Shown here: positions 1 to 12,726 of the stretch, one piece after another
How positions within the stretch are numbered: position 1 is the first letter of the stretch
Layout: each line of letters starts with the position of its first letter
Notes under the pieces: model-generated
The model's database searches: none
The model's input: the letters and a program-made list of their open reading frames with translations, nothing else
What the model was told of the DNA's origin: nothing
Made by a program: the position numbers and the translations under genes
Assembly: GCF_018977255.1 (NCBI RefSeq)
Contig: NW_024704743.1
Span: 16,866,001-16,930,000 of the forward strand
Direction of reading: 5' to 3'
DNA length: 64,000 nt
Source: Callorhinchus milii
Taxonomy: Eukaryota

Positions 1-309
1 CCAGCAATCAGCCTAGACTATGACTTCAAAGTCCCGATATGGGGCTTGAGTGCACAACTAACATGACTCTGAGGCAAGAGTGTTAATAACGGAGCACTTA
101 AAAGGTGTCTGCCATTCAATGTTAAGGTTGTTAACTTAGGATTCACCCACAATGTGAGGGGCATATGTAAAATAAGACCCACCTTTACTTGCCTCCACTC
201 ATTACAGAATCAAATAGGATTGTGTATCATTAAAATTAATGGGCGAGAGGTGATGTATTTTGGAGACTGGGAAAGAATGCAATCACATACCATTTGTGGT
301 GAAGTCAGA

Positions 310-1000
310 CTACATCAAAGTCTTCGGCATCTGGTTCGGGGCTGCCGGTGGGGGGTGGGGGGGTGACAAAAAAGCTGGGAGGAGCATCTAGGTATAGTGA
401 GGAAGAAACTGGCGATGTGGCGCCAGCACTCGTTGTCCATCACCGGGAAAAATCTGATGATAAATTGTGAGGCCCTCTCGGTGTTACTGTACATAGCCCA
501 GGTCTGGCCTTTGACCAGAAACAACGCCACTGCAGTCATCAGAGAGGTATTCCAATTGATCTGGGGGTCCAAGGTGGATCGTGTCCCCAGAGATACGATG
601 CACAAAACCCTGGAAAAGGTGGGGAAAGACGTCCCTAATGTAGCCATGATCCTCGTGGCAACCTTTGTGTGTAGCTGCCTGAGGCTGTGTTGGAGCCCCG
701 CGACGCCAGCAACAAATGCCATATGCTGGGTTTCCTACCTGTACCCAGTGCTGAGAAGGGTGGGTCTGGCAGAACTGCCTTGAAACGTTCCTCACAGTTG
801 GAGCGTGCCAAAACACCTATCCTATGTAGAGAAATTCCTGAAGAACACCATCCCAGACCCCCGCCCAATCACCGAGTGGTCTGAGCAACAGGTAGTATCG
901 GGAGAAAAGGAAAAAATTGTAACAGAAGATGTTGTGTTTGTTTTGGATTTCTGTTGTACTAAATATTTTATTGATAAATAAATATACATTTTCAAAAAAA
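310..1000 (+). mobile_element. Tx1-clade non-LTR retrotransposon, ORF2 C-terminal fragment plus 3' end
   Basis: FGIWFG (RT motif) is followed by WEEHLGIVRKKLAMWRQHSLSITGKNLMINCEALSVLLYIAQVWP...FQLIWGSKVDRVPRDTM, which resembles Tx1 ORF2. In-frame stop at 781-783. AATAAA and an A-run at about 976-1000. Confidence 0.8.
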
Positions 1001-3623
1001 GAAGAGAAACTCCACCGAGGTCAAGATTTACTCAAATTATGTAGAATGTACAGAATGTGTCAAATAGCTGAATTAAATCAACTTTGAAGTCAGTCTTCTG
1101 TATTTCTTAAAAGTATTTCAGAAAAAAACAACTTCAAAATTAAGGCTGTGTTTAATAATTTGCCAAATTCTGCATGCTCTAAAATGTTACATAAATAGAG
1201 TAAATCTAGACCCAGGCAAAATTTCATCATGCATCTTCTTTTATGTTCACATTCAGCTCTTGGATGTTTCCTGAGGTATTTAGCAAGTGCCACTGCATCT
1301 GCATCTGGACAACAAGTTTAATTTCCTTTCTTATATAAATTGTATTGAATCGTGTCACCAGTGGCACAGTGTTAATGCCAGTATCTACCATGTATTTCAG
1401 TGCAATAGCTGCTTTTCTTTTGACTAATAGACAGTGGAGGCCTGAAATTCTACATGCTCTTAACCTTAAGACTGTTGTGTTAAAATTTAAGTTTGTGCAG
1501 AATTTTGCAAGATTCTTCCAGTCTTAATTTGGAAAACATTTTTCATTAAGAAGTTTAGAAAGCTGGCTTCCAAATTGATCCTGAATATCGAGTAATACTC
1601 ACATCTACCTGCTCATGCTTTGCATATACAGTCAATCATTTACAATTAATATTTATTATTTACATTAATATTAACAATGTAATAATAACTTCATATTGCA
1701 CTAAATAGGACTGAAATTAAAAAAAAGCTTGTTCTCTATAAAACTGGCAGCCCTGCAATTCAGTCACATTTGTTTCAAAGGCCTTTACATTTGTTTGCAC
1801 TTTGAAGTAATGACATGACACACAAAACTCTCACCATACTGACCACTTTGGCGTCCTCCCCATTCAGGTCCCCATTCCCCAGTAAGTGAGGGGGGGGCAA
1901 AAAACATTTTATTGATGTTCCAAAATCCAAATTTTAAGCATATACAACAATCAGCTGGTTGACAAAAATACATTTGAAGAAACTTAAACTCTTCGTGATC
2001 TGTCCGTCTTCCCAGAAAATCAAAGGATATTTATTTTCAAGTTCCAGTATACTCATCATTTTCTCATATGATTTTATAACTGGGCAGAATTACTATTGCA
2101 ACAACACATCATTAGGGCAATATTAACCTGTCTCATGACGTCTAAACCCATTAGTGGTGAGCAATCCAACACTTGGTGCATTCTGCTTCACAATGACAGG
2201 AAGAGCCAAACTCAAAGGATCGTATGGCGACGTCGCTATGAAAACTCAGCTGCCACAAGCCAGTTATCCCTTTTTTGACACCTCCTGCTCAAATTGAAAA
2301 AAACAGAACTATTTTCTTTTTGTGTCTTTCATGTGAAGCCTTGCATTATAGAACCATTAAGCAGAAATTCCACCTGGGTCTAGATCTGGAGAATTGTAGA
2401 GCATCGAAAATGTAAAAATTTTGCCAAATTCTGGCCACTCTTAAAATAATAAATAGTGTAAATCTAGATCCAGGTGGAATTTCTCTCCAAACAAGTCTCT
2501 TAGCTTCAGGAATTATCCTCTGAGTTCTGAAAGATCCCATTCTTCCCTCATATCACTTTCATTCAGAGTACAGTATTTCCAGCTTTTTGAGATAAACAGA
2601 AAAGATTGATGTGAAATTATCTGAACAAATAAAGTATTTGCGCACTGTCTTATTTGTTCAGATAATTGCACATCAATCTTCTATCTCAATCATCTACAGA
2701 AATTTTGGTTTGTTGCTATAGATACAGAAGCAGATACCAGGGTCTTGTGGGCATTATTGGAATGTGTGATTTATTCTGTCAATACTTCTCCCAGAGAATG
2801 TCTTTCAGGGACTGAGCTCCTGTTGCAGTGTTCTGTTCATGCACTCTGATGCAGTGCGAGTTTTGCCCTGTAACAAATTGCTATGTTTATCGAGCGTACA
2901 CTCTGCTTTCCATGAACTGCAGTTCAATGTAAGCAGAATGATAGATAAATTAAGCTGCAGTCTCCAACTGTTAACACGAAGGACTCCATGTGATGGATTG
3001 AATTAATAACTCTTCCAGTCCTATACTCCTTGGCTGTGGTCCAAAGTAGCTGTGAACTGAAGATTTTCTTTCATCTCAGAAAGCTATCTTTTTATATCAG
3101 TACCTAAATTTAATTTCCAGATATAGTTTTTTTTATTAATTGCACAACCAATTTTGTTAGTGTTTACTGTATTTCGCAGCAACACTAAGGGCCTGGCAGC
3201 TCTTGCCCACGTACTTTCCTTTAGTTTACATGAATGTAATAATGTTCATCTATTTTAAGATTGGGTAACAGGCTCGATTGAATGAATAATCTCCTCAGTT
3301 ATAACTGAGGTCGGGAAGTATTTTGTGACATAAAAGGTTGTGAAGATGTGAAAGCTGCAGAGGCAGAATCAATAATAATATTAATGATAATCATAATAAT
3401 CCTTGCATTTGATATAGCACCTTATCACGTCATTGAGACGCCTCAAAACGCTTCACAGAAAGGATGTTTACAAAAGAGCATGATGGACACTGGGTAGCAG
3501 AGGTATTAAGAGGTATGGCAAAAGGATGGGGCACTGGGACTAAAAAATCTGCCAACATCTAGTAAACTGGTGGAATAGGCTTGATGCGCCAAATGGTCTC
3601 TTGGGGTGGGGTAAGATTATTCA

Positions 3624-3872
3624 CGCGGCAGCCAATTGCACAAAGCAGTGTCCCACAAACAGTCGTGGATTGAGTGATCAAATTATTATTTTTTTTTGAA
3701 AGGTTTATTAATCCCGGAAAAGCGACCCACCAATCGACGAACTGGGCCCGACTTACTGCTCGATAAGCAGAGGCGTGTGGAGTAAGAAAACTTGCCCAAC
3801 ATTTCGCCCTGCCCGGGAATCGAACCCAGGTCTCTCGCTTGCGAGGCGAGTGCTCTAACCTCTGAGCTGCAG
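3624..3872 (-). mobile_element. tRNA-Ala-like SINE, long variant (head and body)
   Basis: Reverse complement reads ctgcagctcagaggttagagcactcgcctcgcaagcgagagacctgggttcgattcccgggcagggcgaaa (A and B boxes), followed by the shared SINE body. Confidence 0.85.
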
Positions 3873-4719
3873 CTGCTGTTTACCAAGTGTAATTCATCTG
3901 AAGTATAATTTTCCAAAGGCATCAAAGTGATTTTCCCAGCAGTCATTATAAGTTGTTACAATGACCTAGACCCAGTTTCAAAAGATCTGAAGAGAAGCTT
4001 GACATGTCATTCTCAGACTGATGTGGGTGCAAGTCACATCTGGAAAATGCTGTTGTATGAACTTCTCCGTTATCTTCAATAACCTGGGGAATGCCACTGA
4101 AAGTGATAATGTTAATTTTGGTGGTGATTTCCCTCCCTCCCCAGTGGAGTTGATGGGCCCTCTCTGGAGAGACGTGGGTGGGCGTTCAGCCCTCGAAAAG
4201 CGCTATGACTAGAGCAGTAACACGAGAGTTACTTGCACTTTAGGCCATCCTTCATTTTTATGTCAGGAACACAAGAGCTTCTGCAGCTGTCCTTCGGAAA
4301 TCTGTATCAATTCCGAAAGTCAACACATACATAAGGGACGGCACATGACCTAAAGACGCCTGCCCACAGATGGGAGTACTATCGTTTTCTGGCACCCTCT
4401 GATGTCTATACACATTCCAGTTCCATTTTTCTCAAACTTTCTATGCTGTCAGGAACAGACAGAGTCTGATTTGTATCTTATTCTCTTTACTCCAGTTTCA
4501 CAGTAAAAAGGACAGCGACACTTGATAAACTGCAAAAATCCCTGTGCTCCAAATTGCGTGTAATCTGGGACATGCCCATAGTGCACGGGATAAGAGGTGA
4601 AATTTGTCACATTTAATATTTATTACAAGCAATGCATTATGAAACAAAGCAAATTTCGCTCCCATGTTCTTTGGGAAGCTGTCAATAGCTGTTAATGTCT
4701 GAAATCGACATTAACCTCC

Positions 4720-5200
4720 GCAAACCGATCACCGCCATCCTTGCCCAGCTTCACTGTCCCCCATCCCACAGAGAATCGAGTTAAAAACCCTCGTTGTCAT
4801 CTTCAAAGTCCTCCATGGTCTTGCTCCCCCCCCCCACCTCTGTGATCTCCCAACCCCATATCAGTCTGTCCACTCCCTCTGCTCAGCAGACACCGGCCTG
4901 CTCCAGGTCCCCCGCACTTCCCGCCCCACCATTGCCGGTTGGGCTTTCAGCATCTCTGCTCCCACACTCTGGATTCTATCCCGCAATCACTCCACCTCAC
5001 CCTCTCTCCTGCCACCTTCAAGTCCCATCTAAAGACCTCCCTCTTTGACCGTGCCTTCGGTCACCCTCCTACTCCCAACCACCCCTGCCCTTCACCCCTC
5101 CTGACCCCAACTCCCAGCTCAGTTCCAAAATTATCCATCAACCTGGGACGTCTTTCTGACGTGAAGGACGCTATACAAGTGTAATTTGCTGTTGTTGTTG
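4720..5200 (+). mobile_element. L2 LINE 3' fragment
   Basis: L2 ORF2 C-terminus (FKSHLKTSLF), C-rich 3'UTR, and tail ending ctgggacgtctttctgacgtgaaggacgctatacaagtgtaatttgctgttgttgttg. Confidence 0.85.
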
Positions 5201-5549
5201 ATGTCGACTCAGTCAAACAACTCAAAATGCATTAATTTGGAATGGAGATTGGAATGGAGATATTGTAGGAATTAATGAGGGTAAATTTCGTAAGTACATT
5301 TAGCAAACTTTAAGCACAAGGGGTGTACTCAATAATAATAAAAACAAATGGACTGTATTTGCCAGCAAATACACAGTCACTGCACTAATTAAATAATTAG
5401 TGTAAATCACTTTGAGATGTTCAAGGTGCTATATCAAACACGAGGATTATTATACTAGTTGGACACTGCCTACAGTTGCCATTGGACTTTCTGGCTTACA
5501 GAATTGGCCCTGGAGTGCCGGTATGTGGGAGTAAAGGCAGTAAAGTAAA

Positions 5550-5922
5550 GGAGTCCAGTAGCATATTGGTTAGAGCACAAGCGAGGGGACCCGGGTTCGA
5601 TTCCCGGGTAGGGCGAAACCTTGAGCAAGTTTCCTTACTCCACATGGCTCTGTTTACTTAGAATAAGTAGCAGTAAGTTATCAATCGATTGGCAGATCGC
5701 TCTCCAGGAGTAATAATCCCTTAAAAATAAAAAAAATAAAAAAATAAAAAATGTGTTCTCCCAATCTATGACTGTTTGTGGGACACTGCTGTGTGCAATT
5801 GGCTGCCGCGTTTTACCCACAAAATAATCAGTCAATCCACTTTACAGCACATTATGTGAAGCACTTTGAGACATCTCAATGCTGTGACAAGATACTGTAT
5901 TAAACACAAGGATTATTATTAT
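5550..5922 (+). mobile_element. tRNA-derived SINE, long variant
   Basis: ggagtccagtagc...gggttcgattcccgggtagggcgaaaccttgagcaagtttccttactccac head and (TTA)n tail. Confidence 0.85.
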
Positions 5923-7035
5923 CACTAAAGTTACCATGATACTACTAGAGAAGGGAGTTACTCTCATCCAAATTGATTGGCCATTCACCTCATTACTGGC
6001 TGCTGGGCTTGCCTACAAAAAACAGAGTCACTAAATGTGACAGTAATTAAGTGAAGTACTTTGAGACATTTCTATGACTAATGAAATGCATTTTTCTTCT
6101 TTCTTCTGATGTAAAGTGGGCAGAGAGTGAGGCTAAAACTTGCATGTCAACAGTAGATCCATTGAGTCAAGTAGAAGAAAATTCCTGGATAAAATTACCA
6201 ACCAAAGATTGTGATGTGAAAGGGTTCAACAGTGATACGTTGAGACTAAGTTCACTGTGTGAATCCGAGTCTTTATTTGAAATGTTGCATTTCTAGGCCA
6301 AACCCTGAGTATAGGAATTGCAAAGAAGGGCGTTAGCAGTAATCTGCTGGTCCTGTTTTCACTGTGTAACAGTATCCTACCCGAGAGAATTGGCCACAGA
6401 TGACTGCACTGACATGGAGCTTTGACTTGCTTCAGAACGCTGCTAATGGGACTGTAATCTCAGTGCAAAGACATGGGTTGGAGGAGTGCTTAGAAAAGCT
6501 GAAACATTCCCAATTTCCATTTGGAAATGTCACACATGACTGCTCTCTGAAGACTGAAAGAGGTGGAAGGTGAAAGGCCAGATTTTTTAAGCATTGGCAT
6601 TTACTGAAACCCTCTTGTTTGCCCGAACAATGACGCTTTACAGACACTAAGAGCCAGTGGATGAGTAGAGCCAGTACAGTCACGTCTGCCAGAAGGAAAG
6701 GGGCCAAAGCTACAAGCCAAGATCAAGTCCCACATGATCGGAAAATGCAGACATGCATTTTTGTGTGGAGTTATGCGAATGCAAAACTCAATATATAATA
6801 AAGCGGTCTTCATTTTAAGACATGGTTTAGGAATATTTATATCATACAAGAAATAACAGTAATGATTCCAAACATCAGTGGCACAACACTGCTAACAGAG
6901 AACAGTATTGACTTTAGTTCCTAAAATGAAAGAAAGGTTTTTGCTTGTGTGAAAATTTGTGCCTGTCAGTCTGAACGAGTACTGGAACAAGGGGTTGATG
7001 TTGGTGCTTTTCATCAGGTAATCTCTTCAGATAAA

Positions 7036-7181
7036 TCAGTGTTAGCCTGTCAGACGCAGTGCTGAGGTAAAGTCACTGTTAATCTGTCAATCACAGTGCT
7101 AAAGTACAGTCACTGTTAAACTGTCAGTCACAGTCTGGGGAGTATAGTGAGTGTTAATCTGTCAATTACAGTCCTAACGTA
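7036..7181. repeat. degenerate ~37-bp minisatellite (about 4 units; resumes at 9081-9185)
   Basis: Units resemble tcactgttaatctgtcaatcacagtgctaaagtacag. Confidence 0.75.
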
Positions 7182-9080
7182 CAACAACAACATCTGGCAT
7201 TTATAGGCGGGGCCCTTCACATGGGGCAGCATCCCGGAGCACTTCACAGTGGGGGAGTCCGATAACAAGCCAACAGCAACAACAAAATTACATTGTATAG
7301 CGCCTTTCACAGAGGGAGGGAGCAAGCCGGAGGGATTCAGGGAGAGAGTTGGGGTGCAGTGGCTGAAGACACAGCCGATGGTGGAACGGAGGGCACGAGA
7401 GACAAATAGGAGGCCAGAACCAGCCAAGCAAAAGCAGCAGGTGGTGGAGTAGGGGGTAAGCAGGTTGGATAGGTACGAGGTAATGAAGTGATTTGAGAAA
7501 GAGTGAGAGGATCTTGAAATCGATCCATTCGATGATTGGGAGCCATTGGAGTCTGGCAAGGACTGGTATGATGGGGATACGGCGTTTCGTGAGTTTTGAA
7601 TTAGTTGTATTTGGTTTATTGTGGAGTTGGGGAGTCCAGTGAGGAGGGCATTGGAATAGTCCAGCCGGTAAGTGACTAAGATGTGGATGAGGTTTTCAGC
7701 TGCGTCAGTTGTGAGGTATGGATGGAGACGCGCAAAGTGGCGGAGGTGGAATAAAGCGCTCCTGGTCAGCGAACAGATCTGTGATAGAAAGGAAAGCTGG
7801 GGATCGAACCTGATGCCAAAGTTGCACACAGGTTCAGAGAGTCTGAGGGAGAGCCCGGGGGGGGATTAAGGAGTTCAGACTCGCAAGAGAGAAGAACATT
7901 AACAGGAGCCAAAGAATATGGCTTCCATCTTGCCGACATTCAGCTGCAGGAAATTTGCACTCATTCTGGCCTTGATGTCCGTCAAACAAGCTGACAGGCC
8001 GTTAGCAGACACAGCTGGAGGAGAAGAAGTAGATTTGGGTGTCATGCGCATACATGTGGAAGTTGACCCCATATTTGCAGATGACATCGCCAAGAGGGAG
8101 CATGTAGATGAGGAATAGAAGGGGGCCAAGGATGGAGCTTTGGGGTACACTGCAGGTGACTGGGCGGGGTCGAGAGGAAAAATTCATTTGCCTAGATGAA
8201 GTGCTGGCGGTTGGTTAAGTAGGACTCGAACCTTGCAAGTGCAGCCCATGTTGTTCGAAGCGCTTCACAGGATTTTTACTGTAAAGTCTAATAATAATGA
8301 TAATAATAATAATCCTTGCATTTGATATAGTGCTTTTCACATCTTCTAGATGTCTCAAAGCGCTTCACAGAATATATTGTAAAGTGAATTGACTATATAT
8401 TTGTGGGCGAAACGCAGCAGCTAATTGCGCACAGCAGTGTCCCACAAACAGTCGTGGATTGAAGTGACCAATTTATTATTATTATTTTCGAGGAGGCAGA
8501 GGGAGCCCCGGTCACAGATAGAGAGGGCATCATCTGTGACTTTAACGAGCTCTGTATTCGTGCTGTGAGGTCAGCGGAAACCAGACTGGAGGGGTTCAAG
8601 TAGGGAGTGGAGGGCGAGCTGTCAACTTCAAGATCCTCACCCTTGTCTTCAAATCCCTCCACTGCTCTGCCCCCTACCTCTCTGACCTCCTCTCTCCTCC
8701 CAACAGTGCCTGTTGCCTTCGTTCCACCGGGTCTGGCCTCCTCCTTGTCCCCCGAGTCCTCTGTTCCACCCTCGGCGGCCGTGCCTTCAGCCACTATGCC
8801 CCGAGGCTCTGGAACTCCCTTCCTCACACCCTTCGCCTCGTCCCCTCTCTTCCTATTTTCAGGTCTCGGCTGAAGATCTTTCTTTTCGACAGCCCCCTTG
8901 GTCATCTTCCTCCCCCTCCCCCTGGCTCGGCCCCGGGATTTGTTACTGTGAAGCGTTCTGCGACGCCATCCGGCATGGAGGGCGCTATATAAATCCAAGT
9001 TGTTGTTATTGTTGAACGTAGTTGCTTTGCAACAACTCGTTCCAGGGCATTGGCCAGGAAGGGCAGGTTTGAAATGGGAC
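7182..9080 (-). mobile_element. L2 LINE (RT plus 3' end) with nested insertions
   Basis: Minus strand gives PISNLPFLA..., [37 protein letters not shown], with a (CAA)n tail at 7182. Interrupted by SINE tails (about 8250-8487) and a plus-strand L2 end. Confidence 0.88.
8622..9014 (+). mobile_element. L2 3' end nested in the opposite-strand L2
   Basis: FKILTLVFKSLH-type coding end, stem-loop tail and (TTG)n. Confidence 0.85.
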
Positions 9081-9244
9081 AACCTGTTAGAAACAGTGCG
9101 GGGGTTTGGTCAGTGTTAACCTACCAACCACAGTGCAGGAGTCCAGACAGTGCTAACCTTTCAGTCACAGTGCAGGTTCACAATTAATGTAAGGATCTGA
9201 TTCTGTACACTATATACCAGTGATTATCACAGTGTTTGACTTCG

Positions 9245-9303
9245 ATTCAGCACCCTGTGTGACAGAGATTCAGCACCCTGTGTGGCAGAGATTCAGCACC
9301 CTG
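9245..9303. repeat. 23-bp tandem repeat, about 2.6 copies
   Basis: gattcagcaccctgtgtgacaga / gattcagcaccctgtgtggcaga / gattcagcaccctg. Confidence 0.85.
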
Positions 9304-10695
9304 AAGAGGTTCAGCATGCTGGAAGACTGACATTTAGGATACTATCAGTGTGGCATGAAATTTGAAACAAAACTAAGACCTTTGCAGTTCTACAATAAGC
9401 CAAAGTACAGCAGCGAATGTGTTCACCAAGCAACAACAATAACTTGCATTTATATAGCACCCTTCATGCAGGGTAGCATCTCGGAGTGCTAAGCACTCCA
9501 ATCCACCAGCATTGGAGCACTTAGATTATTGATAATCATCTAAATAGAAAATGACTGTGCACATAAAAAGATGTCTTTTAAAAGGAGTTTACAAGCCGCT
9601 AGTGCCAAAAAAATGCTTTTATTAATCGAGCATGAGATCTGACGTATCCACTGGCAAAGAGCACTTAATTCCTAATTACTTAACGCTTTCCATGCGCCTC
9701 TGTGCTTGTGTGGCAAGAGGAACCATATCCCGTTTAATGGTTGGAAATTCCAGAATGGGATGGGTTCTTAAAGAAGGATTTGACAGGAGTAGTGAGGCTC
9801 ATTTAAAAAAATGTTTGAGTCTGTAACGGTAGTATCCTGAAAGGAAGAGATCATATGACTCAAAGGTGCTTTCTTCACCTGAATCTCTCTTGTGATCTTG
9901 TGATGAGTCAGCAGCCATTGGTGGGAGGCAAGAGTGAGCCTGGGCTCAGCAAACCATACAAATTTACATTTACTGTGAATCACACCTCTCATTGTCATGA
10001 CGATAACCCAAGATGCTTATATCTGCTTGTATCTGCTTGTAATGTGTGTTTTGTTAATCACCATTCTCTTACAACATACTTTAATTTTCTAAATCAGTGT
10101 TTATCAAATGCAAGGATTATTATTGTTTGGAGTTTACTGTTTATGTTTGGGAGTGAATTTAAGAAACATGTCTTTTCAGTTAGACATTTGGTGTACTTAT
10201 CTGGTTGCAGTTGACGCAACAGATAAATACCTTCGAGCGATGCCAGCATTGCACATCCTGTGTCTGTGTGGGGGTCCGCATGTTTCTCTCTCTTCGCATT
10301 ACCAGTGTTGGTGTTGACAGAGCCAGGGTAAACACAAAGATCGTACTGAATTAAACATTGCTGTGAAATGCTACAAGCCTGGGCTGACTTTGGCTTTACT
10401 TGTGGAAGTACTGTAATTATTTTGAACCAAAAGCACATCTTGTGGCTTTGTAAACATTTGCAGAATTTAATGGTGAAACTGAGATCATGTTTCGAGTCCG
10501 AAAACCAATGAGAGGTCACTGGGGCAAAGTGAGCCAGGCCGGTCCAGAACTCTATTCCAGTTTTTACTTCATTAGTTACTTTAAAGTTCCTCTTGTTATC
10601 CCCCCCCCCCCCCCCATTGTGTCTCTGTGTTCAGGTTTGTGTCCAGGTTCTGGTCACTAATACCACTGACCATCGCATAATCCTTACATTTGATA

Positions 10696-11062
10696 TAACA
10701 ACAACAAAGTTACATTTGTAGAGCGCCTTTCACGTTGGGAGGACATCCAAGGCGCTGGACAGTTGGGTCGGGACCCGAGCAGGGGGTTGGGGTGGAGGAG
10801 AGTGGAGGGCAGGGGGGGAAGCAGGGAGATCGAAAGCACGGTCAAAGAGGAGGGTCTTGAGGTAGGTCTTGGCGAGGGAGGGGGTGAGACGGAGGGACTG
10901 CGGGATGGAGTTCCAGAGGGTGGGTGCAGAGTAGGGGAAGGCCTGCCCACCAATAGTGGGGCGAGGGAGGTGGGGGTCGTGAAGCAGGCCGGAGCCCGCT
11001 GCGCGGAGGGAGCGAACAGGGTGATAGGGGGTAGGAGGTCGGAGAGGTAGGGGGGAGCAAGA
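10696..11062 (-). mobile_element. L2 3' fragment
   Basis: LAPPYLSDLL on the minus strand and an L2 tail with (CAA)n. Confidence 0.85.
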
Positions 11063-11929
11063 CAGTGTTTATCCTTACATTTGATATAGCGCCTTATCAT
11101 GTCACCAAGACATCTCAAGGGACAAGAACTATGTTGTCCAGTTACCTATTATAATTGCCCTTAAAAATTCCATGCAGTTGTTTTTACTCTCTGACAACAA
11201 AGGCATCTGACAAAAAGATGAACTCTTTAAAATGGAAACAAGCCAATTGGGGCAACTATTTGGCATGCAGCTCCTCCCCCCACCCTTAAAATATTTACCA
11301 TTTCTCAGTGGAGATGGGTGTGCAATGGTCCCTTACACTAGGAAGATAACACTCTCAGTAGAGTTTTAAGGGTGCCATAGAGACTGATTCTGTCTTCGTG
11401 TGGCTATAAATAGGATATCTTGTTGGAATGTCCCCAGATTTGGTAAGTTATTCCGTCAGTCTCTGATTTGTGTCCCACAATCAGAAAAGTGGGAGCAGAT
11501 AACGGCACACTTTGCTTCACACGGCAAGTGGTGAACATGTGGAATGGACTATCCGGGAGAAGCAGATTGTATCAGCGAATTCAAGAGGGGATTAGATAAC
11601 CATTTGGTGAAGAATGAACTTGATGGCATGAGACATTGATTTTAAGTTTGGTATGGGCCTGATAGACCCCGGGACTCTTTTCCTGTCCTATACTCCTTAG
11701 AGTGTTGATGTGCACGTTTAACCTCACCAACTCATGTATTGGGTCAGATTTTCTGTTGTACATGAATGAGTGTTTTGTGAGTTTCTTATACAGTGCGGTT
11801 AACCGGTTATAACGTGCTTCACTATAGCGCAAATCTGGTTATAATTGCAGGATGGACCCCATTCAGGCACCCAACTGACCTGCCCGCGCACTGGCCGGCT
11901 TTTCGTATTAAAACGGCCAACGTCTAGGT

Positions 11930-12363
11930 CATTACCTCTCCGACCTACTATCCCCCTACTTACCTGCCCGTACCCTCCATTCCTCTGGCTCCGGTCTGCT
12001 CCACATCCCCCGCCCCAACCGCCCTACCATCGGTGGTCGGGCCTTCAGCCTCTCAGCCCCTCGGCTCTGGAACTCCATCCCCCAGTGCCTTCGCCGCCTC
12101 CTCCCTTTCCTCCTTCAAGGTCGGTCTCAAGAACTTTCTCTTTGACCGTGCCTTCAGCTCCCCTCTCGACTCTCTACCCCCTCCTCACTCCCTCCCTTCC
12201 CTCCCCTCACCCTGACCATTTCCCCCCTCCTCGCTCCCTCCCTTCCCTCCCCTCACCCTGACCATTTCCCCCCTGCTTGGGTCCTGACCCAACTGTCCAG
12301 CACCTTGGGACGTCCTCCCGACCTGAAAGGCGTTCTATAAATGAAATTTTGTTGTTGTTGTTG
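11930..12363 (+). mobile_element. L2 3' fragment with ~47-bp tandem duplication in the 3'UTR
   Basis: SFKVGLKNFLFDRAF, duplicated ctcccttccctcccctcaccctgaccatttccccc, and tail ttgggacgtcctcccgacctgaaaggcg...(TTG)n. Confidence 0.85.
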
Positions 12364-12726
12364 TATTAGGTCACCATTGTTGTGCACACTCTTAGCAAGA
12401 AATACCTTGGTGATGACCTGATGACCTGGAAGTCGTCAATTTTAGCTTCCCAATAAATGGGCAACTTAATAAAAAGGCCCATTTCCAGGTTGTCACCAAC
12501 AAACAGGCTCCACTGTATATAACTAGAATGTGAGCAGTGAACAGGAATTCAGTTTGCTAGATTGAACCCAAATATTATGGATTTCTTAACTATCTATCTC
12601 CATGATACTATTGTGTTCAATAGCCAGGCTCCAGTGTCACTTGATTTGTTGTTTTGGTTTAGTCACAATTTATATTTTGCTTTTCATATATCGCAGCATA
12701 TGGTTGGGAACCCCACTTTAGTCAAA

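Noticed and set aside
7176..9020. AACGTA at both 7176-7181 and 9015-9020, suggesting a TSD around a two-tailed head-to-head L2 composite
   Set aside because: The right-hand AACGTA is part of the minus-strand L2 RT coding sequence (VVAKQLR), which continues to about 9080. The structure is a simple nested insertion and the match is coincidental.
8393..9082. 229-aa ORF and many other Pro/Ser- or Gly/Arg-rich ORFs in the track
   Set aside because: They are antisense or off-frame readings of C-rich L2 and SINE sequence.
9245..9303. CRISPR-like repeats (also 7036-7181)
   Set aside because: These are head-to-tail tandem units with no unique spacers, in eukaryotic DNA with no cas genes.
11789..12520. 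Tigger/pogo-like ends (tacagtg...ggttataacg and ...ctccactgta)
   Set aside because: The two ends match only over a few bases and are separated by an L2, too degenerate to call as one element.
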